A stretch of DNA of 20,000 nt from an uncultured virus (IMG/VR IMGVR_UViG_3300033121_001780). Lineage: Duplodnaviria; Heunggongvirae; Uroviricota; Caudoviricetes. Of the stretch, positions 17,493 to 20,000 are shown in pieces. A program made the translations under genes and the position numbers. Below the pieces are notes generated by a model, which saw only the letters and a program-made list of their open reading frames with translations, was not told where the DNA came from and searched no databases. Position 1 is the first letter of the stretch. Each line of letters opens with the position of its first letter. The DNA lies in the IMG/VR virus record IMGVR_UViG_3300033121_001780. One strand, written 5' to 3'.

Positions 17493-18429
17493 CTACTCAG
17501 ATGTAATTCTAGTTCCTCGGAAGGGAATTGTCAATTCTAGGAGCGAATGTGATACTTCAGTTAAGTTAGGAAAATTTACATTCAAAATACCGGTAGTTCC
17601 ATCCAATATGGAATCGATAGTTGATGAAAATCTATGCGTAAAATTAGCATCAAAAGGATATTTCTATATAATGCATAGATTTGGAACTGACAATAAGGAA
17701 TTTATTAAAAAGATGAGAAGTCTTAACTTATTTACATCTATATCAATAGGGGTGAATGAGGACTCGTATTCCCTCATTGCAGATTTGATAGAAAGTGATC
17801 TAATGCCAGATTTTATCACAATTGATATTGCCCACGGTCATTGTGAAAAAATGGAAAAAATGATTAAATTCATCAAGACATTTGGACAAGATTCACTTTT
17901 AATATGTGGAAACATATGTACAAGTGAAGCCGCGTCAGATCTGGAAAATTGGGGAGCTGATTGCTTAAAAATCGGAATAGCTCCAGGAGAAGTTTGCACA
18001 ACATATCAGAATACTTCTTTTGGTAGCAGGGGACATCAAGCCTCAACAGTTTTAGAAATTTCAAAATGTTCCAAATTGCCGCTAATAGCTGATGGTGGAA
18101 TAAGGAAAAATGGAGATATAAATGTAGCATTATCAATGGGGGCCTCCATGATCATGATCGGTGGCATGTTGTCTGGATTTGAAGATTCTCCGGGTAATGT
18201 TATATATCATAATGGAATACCTCATAAGGAATTTTGGGGATCAGCATCTCAATATCAATCATCTAAAACAAATAGAATAGAAGGAACAAAAGTTCTAAAG
18301 GTTCTAAAAAATAGAAGCCTCATAGATGAATTAATTTCTTTAGAAGAATCCATACAAAGCGGAATATCCTATGCTGGAGGTAAAAACATATTGGCTTTTA
18401 AAGGAATTAAATATCATGTTAAGAACTAA
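17479..18429 (+). CDS. guaC: GMP reductase (GuaC-type, IMPDH/GMPR family, no CBS domains)
   Basis: FDYSDVILVP, PVVPSNM, YFYIMHRF, ITIDIAHGH, catalytic loop GIAPGEVCTT, IADGGI and SGISYAGG. Confidence 0.88.
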   Translation: MKIFDYSDVILVPRKGIVNSRSECDTSVKLGKFTFKIPVVPSNMESIVDENLCVKLASKGYFYIMHRFGTDNKEFIKKMRSLNLFTSISIGVNEDSYSLIADLIESDLMPDFITIDIAHGHCEKMEKMIKFIKTFGQDSLLICGNICTSEAASDLENWGADCLKIGIAPGEVCTTYQNTSFGSRGHQASTVLEISKCSKLPLIADGGIRKNGDINVALSMGASMIMIGGMLSGFEDSPGNVIYHNGIPHKEFWGSASQYQSSKTNRIEGTKVLKVLKNRSLIDELISLEESIQSGISYAGGKNILAFKGIKYHVKN

Positions 18430-18712
18430 AATTTATCCATTTGGATTTATTGTTAGAATTTTTAACTCTCATTGATACCCAACTCAAAGTTAAAACACTA
18501 CCACCACTTCCTATTAGAGCATAACATTGAAATAAATCACCTTTTTTAAAATTAAAATATCCAGAATTTGCAAATAATCCTGTGGATCCAGCTCCCACAG
18601 ATATACTACCAACCGAGGATCCATTTTTTGATAGATGAAAAACAGTGGAACTGCTTCTACCATTGGCATTTACGTATAGACTCCAATTATCTATTCTCCC
18701 TTCATAATCAGA
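18419..18712 (-). pseudogene. Start-less 97-codon open frame resembling the C-terminal beta-rich domain of a fibre/structural protein
   Basis: Hand translation gives SDYEGRIDNWSLYVNANGRSSSTVFHLSKNGSSVGSISVGAGSTG...FKKGD...SWVSMRVK...FSS*. An in-frame TAA sits immediately upstream (18713-18715). Confidence 0.55.
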
Positions 18713-18869
18713 TTAAATAAGTATTTAAAGTCTCAACTACAAAAAAATCCAATGACTTTAAGAGCCTTCCTGATGCGACCTTATCTAGTTTTATTAAATT
18801 TTTTACTAAAGAATCTATAAATAATCTCCCAATAATATTCAATGACTTAGTGAGTCTATCTTTATCCAT
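18708..18869 (-). pseudogene. 53-aa ORF, probably the truncated 5' part of a phage morphogenesis-type gene
   Basis: MDKDRLTKSLNIIGRLFIDSLVKNLIKLDKVASGRLLKSLDFFVVETLNTYLI*. It starts 1 nt after the fibre stop; ASGRLLKSL resembles the (D/A)TGxLxxSI motif of HK97-gp10-like proteins. Confidence 0.5.
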
Positions 18870-18870
18870 A

Positions 18871-20000
18871 TTAAGTTAATTTTTCCCATCTCATCCACGT
18901 ACCACTCACCATAGATGCTGTGTTAGCTGGAACAGTCCAATACATACCCGCTACCCCACTCGATGATGTTTCAAAGCCAGCAAAAATCACCACAGCTAAA
19001 TCGAAATTAGCGGTGATCGTAGATGCACCTCCTGTCTGTGAATCTAATCCAAATACGAATGCATTTTGTGCTCCACTGGAAAGTGTATGCCTCCATCCAA
19101 ATCCAGAATATGTCCCAGAATCCGCCTTGATTGACATAACAGGATTACATGTTGCGTTATTGCCTCGCCAATATCCGTAAAGTTCCACTTTATATTTTGA
19201 ATTAGCATCTACTGAAAATGTCAAACCACTCACTTGTTGATTCGATGTACCAGAGTTTGATGAATTGGATGTTAATTGTAAAATACCTGAAACTATTGTA
19301 CCAGGACCTTGCCATCCCTGAAATCCCTGAAAACCTTGAAGACCTGTAGGTCCAGTTATGCCTTGAAGACCTTGAACTCCTTGGAAGCCTTGAAGACCTT
19401 GAACTCCTTGAAAACCTTGAAAGCCCTGCCTTCCTTGAAAACCTTGATTACCGGCCATGCCTTGGAAGCCTTGAAGTCCTGTAGAACCAGAACCATTCAA
19501 TAAAAATGATATTGCTGCAAGTTGTCCTATACTTCCGTCGGCTGATATCACGGATAATACCAAATCAACATAATCTGGGGTAGACGATTGATATGTATAA
19601 TTTGTTACTTGATAAATTCCAAACGATGAAAAATCACCCACATTGTATAACTGGAGATAAACAAGTCCTCCTGATGAGAAGGCCGTTCCGATCGCAGTTA
19701 GCCATGTGGTTGCATTTGCAGATTCAGCAGCAACACTAATAGATATTCTAGTGACTGATCCATATGTTGATGAATCAGTCACGAATCTTTTTGGACCAGG
19801 ATTTCCCCACGCAACAATATGGGACTCAAAAAGCCAACGGATAGAATTTGATCCATCCATTCCAAAAATACCTTGGAATCCTTGCCTGCCTTGAAAACCT
19901 TGGAAGCCTATAGATCCTTGAAAACCTTGGAAGCCTATAGATCCTTGAACTCCTTGGAGACCTTGGAAGCCTTGAACTCCTTGGGGACCTTGAACTCCTT
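18871..20000 (-). CDS. Collagen-like (G-X-Q) tail fibre / virion fibre protein, 5'-truncated by the window edge
   Basis: The frame stays open upstream of the track's 19860 start (...GVQGPQGVQGFQGLQGVQGSIGFQGFQGSIGFQGFQGRQGFQGIFGMDGSNSIRW). Two GXY blocks are separated by a globular domain, followed by a beta-rich C-terminal domain. Confidence 0.8.
   Translation of the reverse strand, partial: GVQGPQGVQGFQGLQGVQGSIGFQGFQGSIGFQGFQGRQGFQGIFGMDGSNSIRWLFESHIVAWGNPGPKRFVTDSSTYGSVTRISISVAAESANATTWLTAIGTAFSSGGLVYLQLYNVGDFSSFGIYQVTNYTYQSSTPDYVDLVLSVISADGSIGQLAAISFLLNGSGSTGLQGFQGMAGNQGFQGRQGFQGFQGVQGLQGFQGVQGLQGITGPTGLQGFQGFQGWQGPGTIVSGILQLTSNSSNSGTSNQQVSGLTFSVDANSKYKVELYGYWRGNNATCNPVMSIKADSGTYSGFGWRHTLSSGAQNAFVFGLDSQTGGASTITANFDLAVVIFAGFETSSSGVAGMYWTVPANTASMVSGTWMRWEKLT
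19889..19942. repeat. Exact 27-bp tandem duplication within the collagen-coding region
   Basis: CCTTGAAAACCTTGGAAGCCTATAGAT at 19889-19915 and 19916-19942. A second 27-nt-period repeat lies at 19360-19410. Confidence 0.9.

Noticed and set aside
18735..18755. Programmed frameshift at the T7 run (GAT TTT TTT GTA, minus strand) joining the two fragments
   Set aside because: Both shifted frames hit stops within a few codons (TAG in +1, TGA in -1), before the downstream fragment begins.
1211..19894. Short shadow ORFs in the track (e.g. 1211-1420, 2609-2797, 3346-3567, 5593-5805, 6345-6557, 6784-7053, 7372-7746, 8098-8301, 10108-10299, 10419-10689, 11052-11369, 12906-13160, 14120-14317, 15123-15437, 15582-16041, 17873-18136, 18920-19894)
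   Set aside because: They lie antisense or out of frame within longer, well-supported genes and show no recognisable motifs.
1..20000. Stop-codon reassignment (no accepted gene ends in TAG)
   Set aside because: Long genes are intact under code 11 with no in-frame TAG or TGA, and TGA and TAA both terminate well-defined genes. TAG scarcity alone is weak evidence.
19300..20000. CRISPR array or non-coding repeat
   Set aside because: The repeats have 9/27-nt periodicity without unique spacers and are explained by G-X-Q collagen codons.
1..20000. Bacterial chromosome or eukaryotic giant-virus origin
   Set aside because: Housekeeping-like genes lack their bacterial operon context and are mixed with small ORFans, a fibre gene and an endonuclease. 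Sigma, SmpB, IF-3 and Bacteroidota promoters argue against a eukaryotic virus. No capsid or terminase gene is in the window, so phage origin remains an inference.

Overview
AT-rich, densely coding segment that looks like part of a large (jumbo/huge) phage genome, most likely infecting Bacteroidota. The host inference rests on TAnnTTTG -7 promoters, the lack of obvious Shine-Dalgarno sites, and Bacteroidota-style signal peptides. Minus-strand structural-type genes lie at both ends: a >998-aa ORF running off the left edge (missed by the ORF track), a 1053-aa ORF, and a collagen-like fibre running off the right edge. They flank a plus-strand block (6279-18429) encoding NAD-dependent DNA ligase, an ECF sigma factor, a free-standing PD-(D/E)xK endonuclease, thioredoxin, SmpB, an ATP-grasp protein, IF-3, a glycosyltransferase, a lipoprotein, GMP reductase and many small hypothetical proteins. 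The most striking unexplained signal is a shared C-terminal peptide, R-[DE]-x-K-[IL]-x-x-[IL]. It ends five mostly unrelated small proteins, a sixth has a degenerate copy, and a seventh has an internal copy. It is conserved at protein but not DNA level, suggesting a phage-wide tag or docking system. No rRNA, tRNA, tmRNA or CRISPR array was seen.
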